NCBI GenBank assembly: GCA_965203275.1
Contig: OZ241865.1
Location: forward strand, 800,001-864,000
From: Bdellovibrionales bacterium
GTDB taxonomy: Bacteria > Bdellovibrionota > Bdellovibrionia > Bdellovibrionales > JAUICD01
Length of the DNA: 64,000 nucleotides
Reading direction: 5' to 3'
Shown one piece after another: positions 39,154 through 50,793 of the stretch. Below the pieces are notes generated by a model that saw nothing but the letters and a program-made list of their open reading frames with translations, did not search any database and was not told the DNA's origin. Both the position numbers and the translations under genes were made by a program. Every line of letters begins with the position of its first letter. The stretch's first letter is position 1.

Positions 39154-39463
39154 TTTGATCCAGTTCAGAAAGAGTATGTTTTTTTAAAAGGATATGATCT
39201 TCTGCAATATTGAGCGCTGTTAATATTGCTGCCATTTGAAAGGAGCCACTTTTCATGGAATCACGTGCTTTTGTGAATTTTTGATTCACATAATTGGCTA
39301 ACTGCTTGATTGTTTCTTCATTATATGATGATTTTAATTTAAGGTTCATTCCGCCTACATTTATTGTAAAGAATTCTTTTTTGACTTGGTTATTTGTAAT
39401 ATTTTTATTGATACTCATAATTAAACTCCTTAACAACGGATGCATCAGAAAGCACATAAACAT
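39101..39463 (-). CDS. zapA: Cell division protein ZapA
   Basis: INVGG..LKLKS, LANYVNQK, AAILTALNIAE. Canonical synteny with ygfA. Confidence 0.85.
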   Translation of the reverse strand: MFMCFLMHPLLRSLIMSINKNITNNQVKKEFFTINVGGMNLKLKSSYNEETIKQLANYVNQKFTKARDSMKSGSFQMAAILTALNIAEDHILLKKHTLSELDQIENKVQAILSDLKTPHV

Positions 39464-39794
39464 CTACATTGACATATAATGGTTATAAATTTTAGTTGTG
39501 TTCTAGGCGTCCGTTTGTTCTATATTTGTTTTACATAAATCGCTACTATTCATAAATATTTAAACAATTATCAATCAAGAAGTACAATGCTGTTTTCATT
39601 ATCATATATAATTTTGTTTCTTGATCCATTGAGTTTACAGTTATGGTATTTACCATACCTGGTTTTATTATATAGTTTTTTAAAATGCCTGCCAAGTGTT
39701 TTATCTTATAAAAAATAGATTGCATGGCCAATCTAAAATATTTGTGATCTGCCATAGTTTAAAAATATGCTAAGGGTTTATATGAAATATTCTC

Positions 39795-40506
39795 TTAATA
39801 TGGTGTTGATCCTGGATCCGGGACCCGGCAACAGGGATCCGGCAAACGGGCATCAGGTCTTAAAAATGACCTTTTTCCTTAACATGTAGTTAAGAGACGA
39901 AAGGATCCACCCCTACTCAAAATAAATGGATTTTCTAGGCAGTTAGCCTTTGATCAACGGCGATAAGCCGTTGGGCTAACCATTAGAAGGATGTTTTCCT
40001 TAACATGATGTTAAGAAATGAAAGGGTCCTTTTCCCGGGATCTGGGATCTGGCAACCCGGCATCAAAAAGAACTCTTTTTCCTTAACATGTAGTTAAGAG
40101 ACGAGGAGATCCTCCCCTACTAAAAGTAAACGGACTTTTGAGGTTGCCAGCATTTAAGAAGGCGAAAGCCTTCGGCTGGCAACCCAAAAGTGACCAGAGG
40201 TCAGTTTACTTTTAGTGAAAATCAAATGAGGCAATGACCATTTTGCCAATGGCAAAAAAAGTGAAATAAATATCTTGTTTCCTTAACATCGTGTAAAGAG
40301 ACAAAGATATCCTCATTACTCAAAGTGAACAGGCTTTTGAGACAATGACCATTTTGTCAAAGGCGAAAGCCTTTGCGGTCATTGTCCAAAAGTGGCCAGA
40401 GGCCAGTTCACTTTGAGTGAACCAACGACATTGCTCTTTTTAGACAGCGATAGCTGTCAGAGCAATGTCCAAAAGTAGCCAGAGGCTAGTTTACTTTTAG
40501 TGAAAC
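39795..40506. repeat. Mosaic repeat array (A + B)
   Basis: Full module A at ~40117-40221 and 40316-40423. Confidence 0.92.
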
Positions 40507-40625
40507 AATGCCTCAAAGTTGACCTTCCATTTCTCTGAAATGGGCTTAACCTGGTGGGTTTATGCAATTAGAGGTAGAAGATTCAAGGAAGGGAAACTTT
40601 GAGGGGGACAATTCATGTATCTCTG

Positions 40626-40670
40626 AAAGAGGTACGTACGGGTAGATGAGGATCATCGAAGTTAGATAAT
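40626..40670. repeat. Repeat module E, copy 1
   Basis: 44 of 45 nt identical to 44402-44446. Confidence 0.85.
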
Positions 40671-40682
40671 AATGGGTCCAAA

Positions 40683-41037
40683 TGGTGGAGGTGCGGGGAG
40701 TTGAACCCCGGTCCGCAAGTGATTCCTCTTAAAGCGACTACATGCTTAGTTTGTATTTTAGAATCTTTAGAGGTCTTCTACAAACAAACTACCTCTAAGA
40801 TGACCTGCCAGTGAAATCTCGGTTTTTGTGCTGGTAAGTCGCCCACAAAAACCACAGGTTGCTAAAGTGACAATTCTTAAAAGCCTGCAACCAAAAACTT
40901 TTAGAATCGGCTACATCATTCTATGCAGCAAGTGCGTAATCGTTGCCAATTACAAAAAGTGAGTCTTTTTAACGAGGTCACTCTCCCCGGCATGCTCTTT
41001 AAGCCTCATAACCCACGTCGAAGCCAAAATCACCCCC
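40683..41037 (-). ncRNA. ssrA: tmRNA, tag (A)GNDYALAA
   Basis: 5' GGGGGTGATTTTGGCTTCGAC, 3' GGTTCAACTCCCCGCACCTCCACCA, internal GGCAACGATTACGCACTTGCTGCATAG. Confidence 0.95.
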
Positions 41038-41333
41038 TATGTTAATATAATTATTTTAATATTTTCTGTCTGTCTCTGTCAAGTTAAATATATTTTTCTT
41101 AGATTTTCTACACAAAAATTGCATTTTTACTTTTTTTGTCTAATGAACTTTTTCCTTAACATTTCACTCAAAATGAACTGGCCTCTGGTCACTTTTACTG
41201 AAACAAATGAAACACCATGATATAACTTGCTTTTGAATAAAAAATATAGAATAGTGATTTATGCCAATCAAAGCATTAAAAACAGCTAAGTAAGAGAAAG
41301 CTTTAAACAATAAAATAAGGCTACAAATAAATT

Positions 41334-42404
41334 ATGTTCAATGAACTAGAAAACGTACAAACACGCTTTGCATCTATCAATGAACGCTTACAAGATCCAA
41401 CAGTGATAAAAGATCAAAAGCTCTATAGAGATCTTATGAAGGAGCATTCTGATCTTGAAGAAATCATCAATATTTATCAACAATATAAAAAAGTGCAAGA
41501 AGGAATCCACACTCACAATCAAATGCTCAAAAAAGAATCCGATCAAGAGCTTCTCACTTTAATTAAAGAAGAATTAGATCAACTATATAAACAATCAGAA
41601 GATTATACTCAAAAGCTAAAGTTATTGCTTTTGCCTAAAGACCCTAAGGACAATAAAAACGTTATTTTTGAAATAAGAGCTGGTGCTGGAGGAGATGAAG
41701 CTAGTTTATTTGCAGAGGAGCTTTTCCGTGCTTATAGTCTTTATGCTTCACAACAAAATTGGAAATCAGAAATTTTATCCACATCAGAAGGCAATGCTGG
41801 AGGTTATAAAGAAGTCATTGCTATGATGAGTGGTCAAAAGGTGTACAGTAAGTTAAAATATGAAAGTGGTGTTCATCGTGTGCAGAGGGTTCCTAAGACA
41901 GAAAGCCAAGGCCGTATCCATACCTCCACAGTGACAGTGGTGGTGTTAGCAGAAGCAGATGAGGTAGATATCCACATTGACCAAAACGATATACGCACAG
42001 ATGTTTATCGTTCTAGCGGAAGTGGAGGGCAACATGTCAACACAACAGATTCAGCTGTGAGGATCACACATATTCCAACGGGCTTGGTTGTTTCTTGTCA
42101 AGATGAGAAATCACAACTGAAGAATAAAAACAAAGCTATGAAAGTTCTAAGAGCTAGACTCTTAGACATGCAACAAGCACAGGCTAAACAAAAAGCTTCT
42201 GATCAAAGACTTGCACAAATTGGAACAGGAGATAGGTCAGAACGTATCAGGACTTATAATTTCCCTCAATCACGTGTCACCGATCACCGCATTGGATTAA
42301 CAACACACACATTAAATCAAATTATGAACGGCCAGCTCACAGAGATCATAGACGCAGCAACTGCTTATTTTCAAGCACAGCAACTTCTACAAAAGAAGAT
42401 GTAA
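41334..42404 (+). CDS. prfA: Peptide chain release factor 1
   Basis: VPKTE (PxT), GGQHVN, DRSERIRTYNFPQ. Confidence 0.98.
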   Translation: MFNELENVQTRFASINERLQDPTVIKDQKLYRDLMKEHSDLEEIINIYQQYKKVQEGIHTHNQMLKKESDQELLTLIKEELDQLYKQSEDYTQKLKLLLLPKDPKDNKNVIFEIRAGAGGDEASLFAEELFRAYSLYASQQNWKSEILSTSEGNAGGYKEVIAMMSGQKVYSKLKYESGVHRVQRVPKTESQGRIHTSTVTVVVLAEADEVDIHIDQNDIRTDVYRSSGSGGQHVNTTDSAVRITHIPTGLVVSCQDEKSQLKNKNKAMKVLRARLLDMQQAQAKQKASDQRLAQIGTGDRSERIRTYNFPQSRVTDHRIGLTTHTLNQIMNGQLTEIIDAATAYFQAQQLLQKKM

Positions 42405-43664
42405 TCCTTTAGTAGCAAAAGCTTGTCTGATAATGTTGGCATATTTCCCATTGAATTTTTGACGTTCTAAATTTAAAATTTTTACCCCGACTGTTTCAAA
42501 CGTATCATCACCAGAGATCACAGGCAGATGATCTGAAAAGAGCTGTAAAATTTCATCTTCATTGGTCAATGAGTTTTTATAAATATCCCACCAGATACCA
42601 GCATAAACATTACCCATGATATGAATTTCACCTCTTAGCTCATGGTTAATCCCACAGCTATTATATATAGCAATAGCTGTTTGCTCTCTTATAGAATCTA
42701 TATGTCTATTTGTACAAATGCCTAAGCCTCTCTCTAAGTTATTGCTGACGCCTTCACCAACGGAAGGAGGTATCTCATGGGCTGGGGAGGATAGAGATGA
42801 GAAGATCACAAGGGAATGAAAGTCAGCTTGACCTTCATTAATAGCTTTAAAACAACCTTTATAACTACGACAACAAAGAGTGCTATCATCATAGCAAATT
42901 TTATGTGTTCCATGATCTTGCGTATTCCGGTGAGGGTTAGAATAATAAAAAGAGGCATGAGCTGCTTCATGCAAAATAATATCTCCACTCATTGCAGCAG
43001 CAATACGACCTTCTAAAGTAAAATAACCTAAGGCAATTGTGCCTGAACCCTCCTCTGAATAATCAAAATAAGCATCATTTTCTAATGAAGTACGCAATGC
43101 ATAAACTTGTATGTTTTTATTTTCTGCATACCATCTTCCTGCTTTCTCTTGCATATAACTCATCTGGTACATAAGCCAATAATAGGTCATCACTTGTGCC
43201 AATTGATGATGAGGATCGTTAGCATACTCAAACTTCCATGTTCCATTTGCATCAGCTTGAACCCTTGGAACAGCTTGACCTTCATTTTGCCAGTCTATTT
43301 TGACATTGTAGGTAAGATTTTTTAGATATCTATCTGTTATACCTACAAGATTCACCCCATACGTTTGTAAAGAAGACAAATCGGTATCGAAAGTGATAGG
43401 GGGATAAAATGAGGCTTGATTTTGGGCGACTGGATTTTTCAAAAAAATACAGGCATTGTAATTTGATGAGGTCATACAGCTAGGGTCTAAAACCCCTTCT
43501 GACACAGGGATACTAGCTCTAAAAAGTCTGTCAGGTAATACAAATGAGTCGTTAGAGATATCGTTTAAATTGCAATTTTGATAAGCAATCAAAAAAAAGG
43601 GTAATAAAATGACTATAATAAGTGGGATGAACTTATGGAATCTTCTTTGAGCTTTGATCATCAT
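42387..43664 (-). CDS. Lipoprotein zinc metalloprotease (M4/M36 gluzincin-like)
   Basis: LIAYQNC lipobox, ILHEAAH, INEGQADF, GEIHIMG. Confidence 0.8.
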   Translation of the reverse strand: MMIKAQRRFHKFIPLIIVILLPFFLIAYQNCNLNDISNDSFVLPDRLFRASIPVSEGVLDPSCMTSSNYNACIFLKNPVAQNQASFYPPITFDTDLSSLQTYGVNLVGITDRYLKNLTYNVKIDWQNEGQAVPRVQADANGTWKFEYANDPHHQLAQVMTYYWLMYQMSYMQEKAGRWYAENKNIQVYALRTSLENDAYFDYSEEGSGTIALGYFTLEGRIAAAMSGDIILHEAAHASFYYSNPHRNTQDHGTHKICYDDSTLCCRSYKGCFKAINEGQADFHSLVIFSSLSSPAHEIPPSVGEGVSNNLERGLGICTNRHIDSIREQTAIAIYNSCGINHELRGEIHIMGNVYAGIWWDIYKNSLTNEDEILQLFSDHLPVISGDDTFETVGVKILNLERQKFNGKYANIIRQAFATKGLHLLL

Positions 43665-43861
43665 TTGCTAAACCTTTAAAATTACTGTATTATTTTCAAA
43701 GTGACTCATTTTGAGAAAAGGATTTTTAGAGCTTACTCTCTGTTTATTCAATCGGCTTAAAATAAGAATAAATTAAGGATTTTTACTGTTAAATAAAAAA
43801 AATTAGCAATTAGCACCTCGTCAGTTTTTCTAATAATGATCCTCAGCAGATAGAATAAGGC

Positions 43862-44230
43862 TTACTCAGTATGGCCGTTATAGCTTGCAAACACTAAAGC
43901 CGTATAGCCATCTTTGTCTTGAAGATTGACGTTCGCACCATATTCTATCAATAACCTTATAATATCTATACGGAAGTTGTTTGAATAACTAAAATAACTA
44001 GCTCTAATTAAAGCCGTCCAGCCGTCATTTTCTCTTTGATAATTGACGTCCACACCTTTTTCTAGCAATTCCCTTACCGATCTATGGCTACCGAAAACAA
44101 CGCGATTTAATAAGTCATTATTGAGTAATTCCCTCTCACTTTGATTTGGCATAAGGCTTTCAGAATAAGCCCATAGAGAACCACTAGAAAAAAGCAAAGC
44201 AATAAATAAGATAAAAATATATTTTTTCAT
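43862..44230 (-). pseudogene. Truncated secreted ankyrin protein, paralog of 4021..5082
   Basis: Shares SLWA.ESLMP N-terminus and promoter. Stops mid-repeat at YNGHTE*. Confidence 0.7.
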
Positions 44231-44317
44231 TTGTACTTCTCCTTCTTTTTCTTCTTTGAATTAATTAATTTTTGATTTTATAACATCACACATCTAAAAA
44301 GTCAAGCCCTATTTATT

Positions 44318-44457
44318 TTCACTAAAAATAAACCAGCCGTTGGTTCACTGAAAGTGGTCTGACCTCTGGTCACTTTGAGGGAAACAACGCACGTATTTCT
44401 AAAAGAGGTACGTACGGGTAGATGAGGATCACCGAAGTTAGATAATCATAGGACCGA
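44318..44457. repeat. Module A fragments plus module E copy 2
   Basis: TTTCACTAAAAATAAAC, GACCTCTGGTC, and AAAGAGGTACGTACGGGTAGATGAGGATC. Confidence 0.85.
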
Positions 44458-45727
44458 AGAAGGTAAGATGTTTAAAAACAAGGTTAGACAGTAGCCTCCC
44501 TTTTCGAGTTAATACCAATGTCAATGTCAATTCCATCTGTAATTTTTGATCTCTCTCATAATAATCATCATCATCATAAAAAAGCTTTAAATCATCAGAC
44601 TGTTGGATATCCTGACGCATAGGCATAGCATGAGGAGAACATTTAAAATGCATTAAACCTCTTTCTTTTAATACCTTACACCTATTAAGGACAATACCTC
44701 CAACCTGTGGGCCATATTTATTCACAAGGCTTTGATAACTTAATCCCTTAATTTTTCTTAATTGTGTATGGCAAAAATCTGTTAAAGACTGATGCATGAA
44801 AAGCTCTTCTCTATCTTTTTCTGGCTTTGCCTTATAAAAGCTTTTTTCTAAATTTAAATCTTCAACCCAAGTTTTATATTCAGACATCCTCCTAGGATTC
44901 CAAAATCTTACACCCCACTTTGATGGTACATCTGGAGCTTTTAAGTAAGAATGAGATGATAAACCCAAACCTAAATAAGCATGATCATTCCAATAAAGTA
45001 AATTGTGTTTGCTTTCAAATCCTACCTTTGCATAATTAGAAAGTTCATAACGAGAAAAATGATCCATTGTTAAGCTATCCTCCACACATTCCAACATTTC
45101 TACTTGTTCTGCTTCAGAAGGTCGATGAGCATAAAGTTTATTGCCAGGATTTACCTCTAAAAGATATGTGCTAATATGAGATGGTGAAAAACTTAAAAAA
45201 GTCTTTATATCTTCTTGTAAATCTTTTAAACTTTGTCTGGGCAAGCCAAAAAGCAAATCCATAGAAAATACAAACCCTTCCTTACAAACAGCTTCAATTG
45301 TTTTTTGAATATCTACAAAACGATGAATACGTCCTATTTGAGATAAAAAATCATTATTGCAAGTTTGTACTCCTAGACTCATACGATTCACTCCATGAGA
45401 TTTTAAAATAGACAAATCCCCTTCCATTGTTTTAGGATCAACTTCTATAGTGACCTCTTGGACTTGATCAAGGTGAAAACCTGCCTTTGCTATCTCATCA
45501 ATAAGCCAAACAATCTGATAAGGTTTGAGGACACTAGGCGTTCCTCCTCCAAAATAAATAGAAGTAGGTTTTTTATGACCAAAATGACAACCCATGTAAT
45601 GTATTTCTTTTTGAAGTAGGTTAAGATAACTTTTTATAAGGTCTTCTTTGACTTTGTATTTTGCAAAATCACAATAAGGACATAACTGAACACAAAAAGG
45701 AATATGTATGTACAAACCAAAAGACAT
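44438..45727 (-). CDS. hemW: Radical SAM heme chaperone HemW/HemN-like
   Basis: LYIHIPFCVQLCPYCDF, YFGGGTPS, YELSNYA, HNLLYW. Confidence 0.9.
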   Translation of the reverse strand: MSFGLYIHIPFCVQLCPYCDFAKYKVKEDLIKSYLNLLQKEIHYMGCHFGHKKPTSIYFGGGTPSVLKPYQIVWLIDEIAKAGFHLDQVQEVTIEVDPKTMEGDLSILKSHGVNRMSLGVQTCNNDFLSQIGRIHRFVDIQKTIEAVCKEGFVFSMDLLFGLPRQSLKDLQEDIKTFLSFSPSHISTYLLEVNPGNKLYAHRPSEAEQVEMLECVEDSLTMDHFSRYELSNYAKVGFESKHNLLYWNDHAYLGLGLSSHSYLKAPDVPSKWGVRFWNPRRMSEYKTWVEDLNLEKSFYKAKPEKDREELFMHQSLTDFCHTQLRKIKGLSYQSLVNKYGPQVGGIVLNRCKVLKERGLMHFKCSPHAMPMRQDIQQSDDLKLFYDDDDYYERDQKLQMELTLTLVLTRKGRLLSNLVFKHLTFFGPMII

Positions 45728-48299
45728 AATTTCTTATACTTCAAAATATGACAAATATCAACTTTCAAATGGCATCACTGTTTTACTTGTAGAAAGTCAT
45801 AAATCTCCTGTGATCTCTGTACAAGCTTGGGTGCATACAGGGAGCCGAAACGAAACAAAAGAAAGTCAAAAAGGCATAACACACTTCATTGAACATCTTC
45901 TCTTTAAAACAACAGAAAACTTTAAAGTAGGAGAGATTGCATCTCTTGTAGAAGGAGCAGGTGGGCAACTCAATGCCTATACCACCTACGATCACACTGT
46001 TTTTTATATCACCATTGCAAGTCAATATACCTCTATTGCTTTTAAAGCTCTTAGTCAAATGATTGTCTTTCCTACCTTTGAAAGCCAAAGTATTGACGAT
46101 GAACGCGAAGTGGTTATCGAAGAGATGAAAAGATCAAAAGATAGCCCTCATCATCAGTCTTCGGATTTGATTTTTTCTACAATGTATCAAGGTCATCCTT
46201 ATAGTTACCCTATTTTAGGTTATGAGAAAAACATTCGCAATCTCACTCCTGATCAAATTGCTCATTATTATCGAACACACTACCACCCTACCAATATCAC
46301 CCTTGTTATTGCAGGAGACTTTAAAGCTTCCATCATTAAACATATAATTGAAAAATACTTTAAACCTCTTAAAAAACAAAAACCCTTACCACTTAAGCAA
46401 GATTCTTTCCATGAACCTAAACATGTCAGCACTTTAAAAGCTCCTTTTGAAGAAACACATATTCATTTAGCTTGGAGGCTATCACCTGATTTCAATAAAG
46501 ATTTACCAGCTTTAGATGCACTTTCTGTGATCTTAGGACAAGGGCATAGCTCTCGTTTATATAATCAATTAAGAATACAAAATTTATATGTCAATAATGT
46601 GAGCTGTTATACCTACACACTTTTAAGTAGTGGACTGTTTGTGATATCTTGTATGTTACCCGAAGATAAAATTCATCCTACCTTAGATATTTTAGCAAAA
46701 GAGCTTTTATCTTTATTAACCCAGAGAGTAGATCTCAAAGAACTTCAAAAAGCTAAAACACTTATAGAAAGTGAAGAATATTACGAAATGGAAACAGTCG
46801 ACGGTCTTTCAGAAAAGTATGGATATTATGAAAGTATGTATGGCGATCCTGATTACTCAAAGACATATCTTGATAAACTGCAATCTTTAAGGTCTCAGGA
46901 TTTAATACATGCAGCTCAAGCTTACCTTTCTGTAAAAGATTTTTCTCTTTGTGTGATGACCAAAGATCCAGACAAGCATAAAACCAAGCTAGAAAAATGG
47001 TTTAAACATTATCAAGATCACATTTGTTCAAAGTTTCTTGCCAAATCAAATAAACAACAACCCCAAAAGTCAGGAGTACAAAAAGTTCAATACACTTCAG
47101 GTGTGAGACTGTATATGTATCCATCTTCTCAAACACCTACAGTTAGTTTAGATATAGGCTTTGATGGTGGAGGGCTTGTGGCTGTTCCTTGTGGTCTTAT
47201 GGGCATTGCAGAGCTTACAAAACGTGTTTGGCCTACAGCAACTAAAGATCACACAGAGGTATCACTTAAAAGTAAGTTGGATCAATTAGCCTCTTTCTTA
47301 CATGGTTTCACAGGAAGGAACTCTATGGGTTTAAGTTTAACAACTCTGTCATCTTCTTTGAACGAAACTATCACACTTTTAAAAGATGTATTGCAACGTC
47401 CTCTTTTCTTAAAAGATATTATTGCAAGAGAAAAAGTAGCTATGCTTAAAAAACTTGAAAAACGTAAAGACGATCCTTTTAGAATAGCTATGAGACTCTT
47501 TGAACAGACTTTATTTCAAGATCATCCTTATGGCATAGACCCTTTAGGTCATGCGGACTCATTAGATAAAATTTCTCAAGAAGATATTATCTCTTATTGG
47601 AAAAAAGTCCTAAATCCTCAACATCAAGTGATCTCTGTTGTAGGAGATTTTGATCCTCTTTGGATGAAAGAGAAATTTGCAGAAATATTAGAAGCTATCC
47701 CTCGAAGTGATACAGATATTTTACATCCTGTATTCAAACCTCTTTCTGAGCCTCAAGAAGTCTTTCATCAAATGAAAGACAAAGCTCAGAGGTCAATTGT
47801 ATTAGGTTATAAAGGGTTGACCTTACAGGATCCTAGGCGTTTTGCTTTAGAAGTTTTAGAGTCTATTTTATCAGGGCAATCAGGGCGTTTATTCCTGCAT
47901 TTACGAGATCAAGCTTCTTTAGCATATACAGTCAGCCCCATATCTTTGACCGGGAAGGATGGAGGTTTTTTTGCAACTTATATCGCTTGTCAGCCAGATA
48001 AGACAAAGCAAGCTGTTGATATGATCAGATCAGAGCTTCAAAAGCTTTGCAATGAGCTTGTATCAAGTGAGGAGTTAGAAAGAGCAAAGCAATATTTAAT
48101 AGGTCATCATAATATCGCTCTACAAAAAAATTCTGCTTTGAGTGCAGCTATTTTCTCTAGAGAGATTTATGGACTTTCTTATAAAGAGATATTCAATTAT
48201 GCCCAGGAGATAAAAAAGATCACAGCAGAGCAAATCTTAGAATTGTCACAAAATTTATTTAAACAGCAACCAGATGTGTTGATCACCTGTGGTCCTTGA
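45708..48299 (+). CDS. M16 family zinc peptidase (PqqL-like)
   Basis: GITHFIEHLLFK (HxxEH), NAYTT, EREVVIEE, duplicated inactive second half. Confidence 0.93.
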   Translation: MYKPKDIISYTSKYDKYQLSNGITVLLVESHKSPVISVQAWVHTGSRNETKESQKGITHFIEHLLFKTTENFKVGEIASLVEGAGGQLNAYTTYDHTVFYITIASQYTSIAFKALSQMIVFPTFESQSIDDEREVVIEEMKRSKDSPHHQSSDLIFSTMYQGHPYSYPILGYEKNIRNLTPDQIAHYYRTHYHPTNITLVIAGDFKASIIKHIIEKYFKPLKKQKPLPLKQDSFHEPKHVSTLKAPFEETHIHLAWRLSPDFNKDLPALDALSVILGQGHSSRLYNQLRIQNLYVNNVSCYTYTLLSSGLFVISCMLPEDKIHPTLDILAKELLSLLTQRVDLKELQKAKTLIESEEYYEMETVDGLSEKYGYYESMYGDPDYSKTYLDKLQSLRSQDLIHAAQAYLSVKDFSLCVMTKDPDKHKTKLEKWFKHYQDHICSKFLAKSNKQQPQKSGVQKVQYTSGVRLYMYPSSQTPTVSLDIGFDGGGLVAVPCGLMGIAELTKRVWPTATKDHTEVSLKSKLDQLASFLHGFTGRNSMGLSLTTLSSSLNETITLLKDVLQRPLFLKDIIAREKVAMLKKLEKRKDDPFRIAMRLFEQTLFQDHPYGIDPLGHADSLDKISQEDIISYWKKVLNPQHQVISVVGDFDPLWMKEKFAEILEAIPRSDTDILHPVFKPLSEPQEVFHQMKDKAQRSIVLGYKGLTLQDPRRFALEVLESILSGQSGRLFLHLRDQASLAYTVSPISLTGKDGGFFATYIACQPDKTKQAVDMIRSELQKLCNELVSSEELERAKQYLIGHHNIALQKNSALSAAIFSREIYGLSYKEIFNYAQEIKKITAEQILELSQNLFKQQPDVLITCGP

Positions 48300-48511
48300 C
48301 TCATCAACATTTGGTTTTTAAATTTCCAAAAAGACAGACTCTGCATAACACAATCTATGGTATGGACTTTAAAAAATAGAAATTTTTTAAAAATATTTCT
48401 TACTTTTGTCTTGACTTTATTAACTGGCTTAATAAGACTAAAGCCATACTACTTAAAATGATCTTGGCTTCTAAATTCTAGTCAACTTTTGATGATTTTG
48501 ATGGATGATTT

Positions 48512-50125
48512 TTGATGATAGGATATAAAGGAGTTTTAATCATGTCACTTCAAAATGAAAACTACCTCAACCATGGAAAGGGGTTATGGTCTTGGTTGAC
48601 AACATTAGACCATAAGAGAATTGGTTTGATGTATTTTATTATGATTTCTTTCTTTCTACTTTTAGGTGGAATTTTTGCTCTTTTGATTCGTTTAGAATTG
48701 ATTGCACCTGGGCAGCAGTTTTTTGATGCGGATACCTACAATCAATTTATGACTTATCACGGAGCCATTATGGTTTTTTTGGTGATTATTCCTGGTATTC
48801 CAGCCTTTTTAGGTAATTTTATTTTGCCATTACAGATTGGTGCAAAGGATGTGGCTTTCCCTCGCTTAAATCTTTTAAGTTGGTATCTTTTATTGATTGG
48901 GGCTATATTGGCTGTGTCTTCTCTATTTTTTGGAGGTGTAGATACAGGTTGGACTTTTTATACTCCTTATAGTTCATTAAAGTCACAAGGTGGAGTGACC
49001 TTTATGACCTTTGGGGCTTTTATTGCAGGTTTTTCATCTGTTTTGACAGGTCTTAACTTTATTGCCACTATTCATAACTTAAGAGTCCCTGGTATGACTT
49101 TTCATAATATGCCTTTATTTATATGGAGTTTATATTCAACAGCTATTTTGCAGGTCATTGCCACACCTGTTTTAGGGATCACGCTTTTGTTGTTAGTGAT
49201 GGAGAAGGCCTTTGGTGTAGGTATTTTTGATGCCTCATTAGGGGGTGACCCTGTGTTATTTCAACACTTCTTTTGGTTTTATTCTCACCCTGCTGTGTAC
49301 ATTATGATTTTACCTGCGATGGGCATTATCAGTGAACTCATTACAACTTTTTCAAGAAAGACTATTTTTGGTTATAAAGCAATTGCTTATTCGAGTGTAG
49401 GGATTGCAGGCATTAGTTTTTTTGTGTGGGGTCACCACATGTATGTCAGTGGTCAGTCAGAATTTGCAAACATGATTTTTTCTGTCTTGACTGTTTTAGT
49501 AGGAGTACCTACGGCTATTAAAACATTTAATTGGATAGCGACCATGTACAAAGGGTCTATTTTGTTAGCATCGCCCATGCTTTATGCTCTTGGATTTTTA
49601 TTTATTTTTACAATTGGGGGGTTGACAGGGATTTATCTTGCGACCATTGCCATTGATATGCATTTGCATGATACATATTTTGTTGTAGCTCACTTTCATT
49701 ATGTGATGGTAGGTGGAACAATTATGTCTTTGATGGGAGGTATTTTGTATTGGTATCCTAAGATGTTTGGAAAGATGCACAATGAATTCTTAGCTAAGAT
49801 GTCATGGGCTTTTGTGTTTATAGGATTTAATGTGACCTTTTTCCCGCAGTTTATTTTAGGTAATTTAGGTATGCCTCGTCGTTACCATGATTATATTCCT
49901 GAATTTGCTAACTTAAACATGATCTCCACAGTGGGATCGTGGATGATTGGCATTGGCTTATTACTTGTACTATTGTGTTTATTGGAAGGATTCTTTTCTG
50001 ATCGTAAGGCTTTAGCAAACCCTTGGGGAGCTAAGACTTTAGAGTGGCAAACTCCATCCCCTCCACCACATGAAAACTTTGAAAAAACACCAGCTGCACC
50101 GCAGGGGCCTTATGAGTATCGTTAA
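48512..50125 (+). CDS. ctaD: Cytochrome c oxidase subunit I (likely start 48542)
   Basis: [41 protein letters not shown]. Confidence 0.97.
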   Translation: MMIGYKGVLIMSLQNENYLNHGKGLWSWLTTLDHKRIGLMYFIMISFFLLLGGIFALLIRLELIAPGQQFFDADTYNQFMTYHGAIMVFLVIIPGIPAFLGNFILPLQIGAKDVAFPRLNLLSWYLLLIGAILAVSSLFFGGVDTGWTFYTPYSSLKSQGGVTFMTFGAFIAGFSSVLTGLNFIATIHNLRVPGMTFHNMPLFIWSLYSTAILQVIATPVLGITLLLLVMEKAFGVGIFDASLGGDPVLFQHFFWFYSHPAVYIMILPAMGIISELITTFSRKTIFGYKAIAYSSVGIAGISFFVWGHHMYVSGQSEFANMIFSVLTVLVGVPTAIKTFNWIATMYKGSILLASPMLYALGFLFIFTIGGLTGIYLATIAIDMHLHDTYFVVAHFHYVMVGGTIMSLMGGILYWYPKMFGKMHNEFLAKMSWAFVFIGFNVTFFPQFILGNLGMPRRYHDYIPEFANLNMISTVGSWMIGIGLLLVLLCLLEGFFSDRKALANPWGAKTLEWQTPSPPPHENFEKTPAAPQGPYEYR

Positions 50126-50762
50126 GCCAGCAAAACCTTATCATCATGCTCATCATTTTGACTCTTTAGAGCAGGAGTACCAAACTTCTAAGTTTGGTGT
50201 GTGGCTCTTTATGGTCACAGAAATTCTCATGTTTGGTGGTTTATTTGTTGGCTTTGCTATTTTCAATAATATTTATCCTGAGATTTTTGAAGAAGGGGCT
50301 ACTTTTTTAGATTGGAAAATGGGGGCAATCAATACAGTTGTGCTATTGACAAGCTCTTTGACCATGGCATTGGGTATTCATTATATTCAAGTAGACAAAA
50401 GAGACGTTGCTTTGTGGAATTTATTAGCAACAGTAGCTTGTGGCTTGATCTTTATGGTGATCAAGTATTTTGAGTACAATCATAAGTTTCACTTAGGTTT
50501 ATTTCCTGGGGCAGAGTTTGCTTATGATGGATCTATGGATGCAAAAAACTTAGCTTTATTTTTCAGTTTTTATTTTTGTATGACAGGGTTACATGGAATT
50601 CATGTATTAGCAGGGATGAGTTTAATCACGTGGGTAGCTTATCGGCATTGGAGAGGAGATTTTAATCCCCAACACTTTACAGCTGTAGAGGGGGTCGGTC
50701 TATTCTGGCATATTGTAGATTTAATTTGGATTTATTTATTTCCATTACTGTATTTAGTGTAA
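50070..50762 (+). CDS. ctaE: Cytochrome c oxidase subunit III (likely start 50112)
   Basis: [40 protein letters not shown]. Confidence 0.95.
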   Translation: MKTLKKHQLHRRGLMSIVKPAKPYHHAHHFDSLEQEYQTSKFGVWLFMVTEILMFGGLFVGFAIFNNIYPEIFEEGATFLDWKMGAINTVVLLTSSLTMALGIHYIQVDKRDVALWNLLATVACGLIFMVIKYFEYNHKFHLGLFPGAEFAYDGSMDAKNLALFFSFYFCMTGLHGIHVLAGMSLITWVAYRHWRGDFNPQHFTAVEGVGLFWHIVDLIWIYLFPLLYLV

Positions 50763-50793
50763 AGTATAAAAAGTTAAAAAATTTATCTGTTAA

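Noticed and set aside
39101..39160. 6S RNA between zapA and ygfA
   Set aside because: The two genes overlap, leaving no space. No convincing 6S fold was seen nearby.
39546..39755. 69-aa ORF (also 24330..24548 and 3411..3614)
   Set aside because: AT-rich or repeat-overlapping intergenic frames without motifs or RBS.
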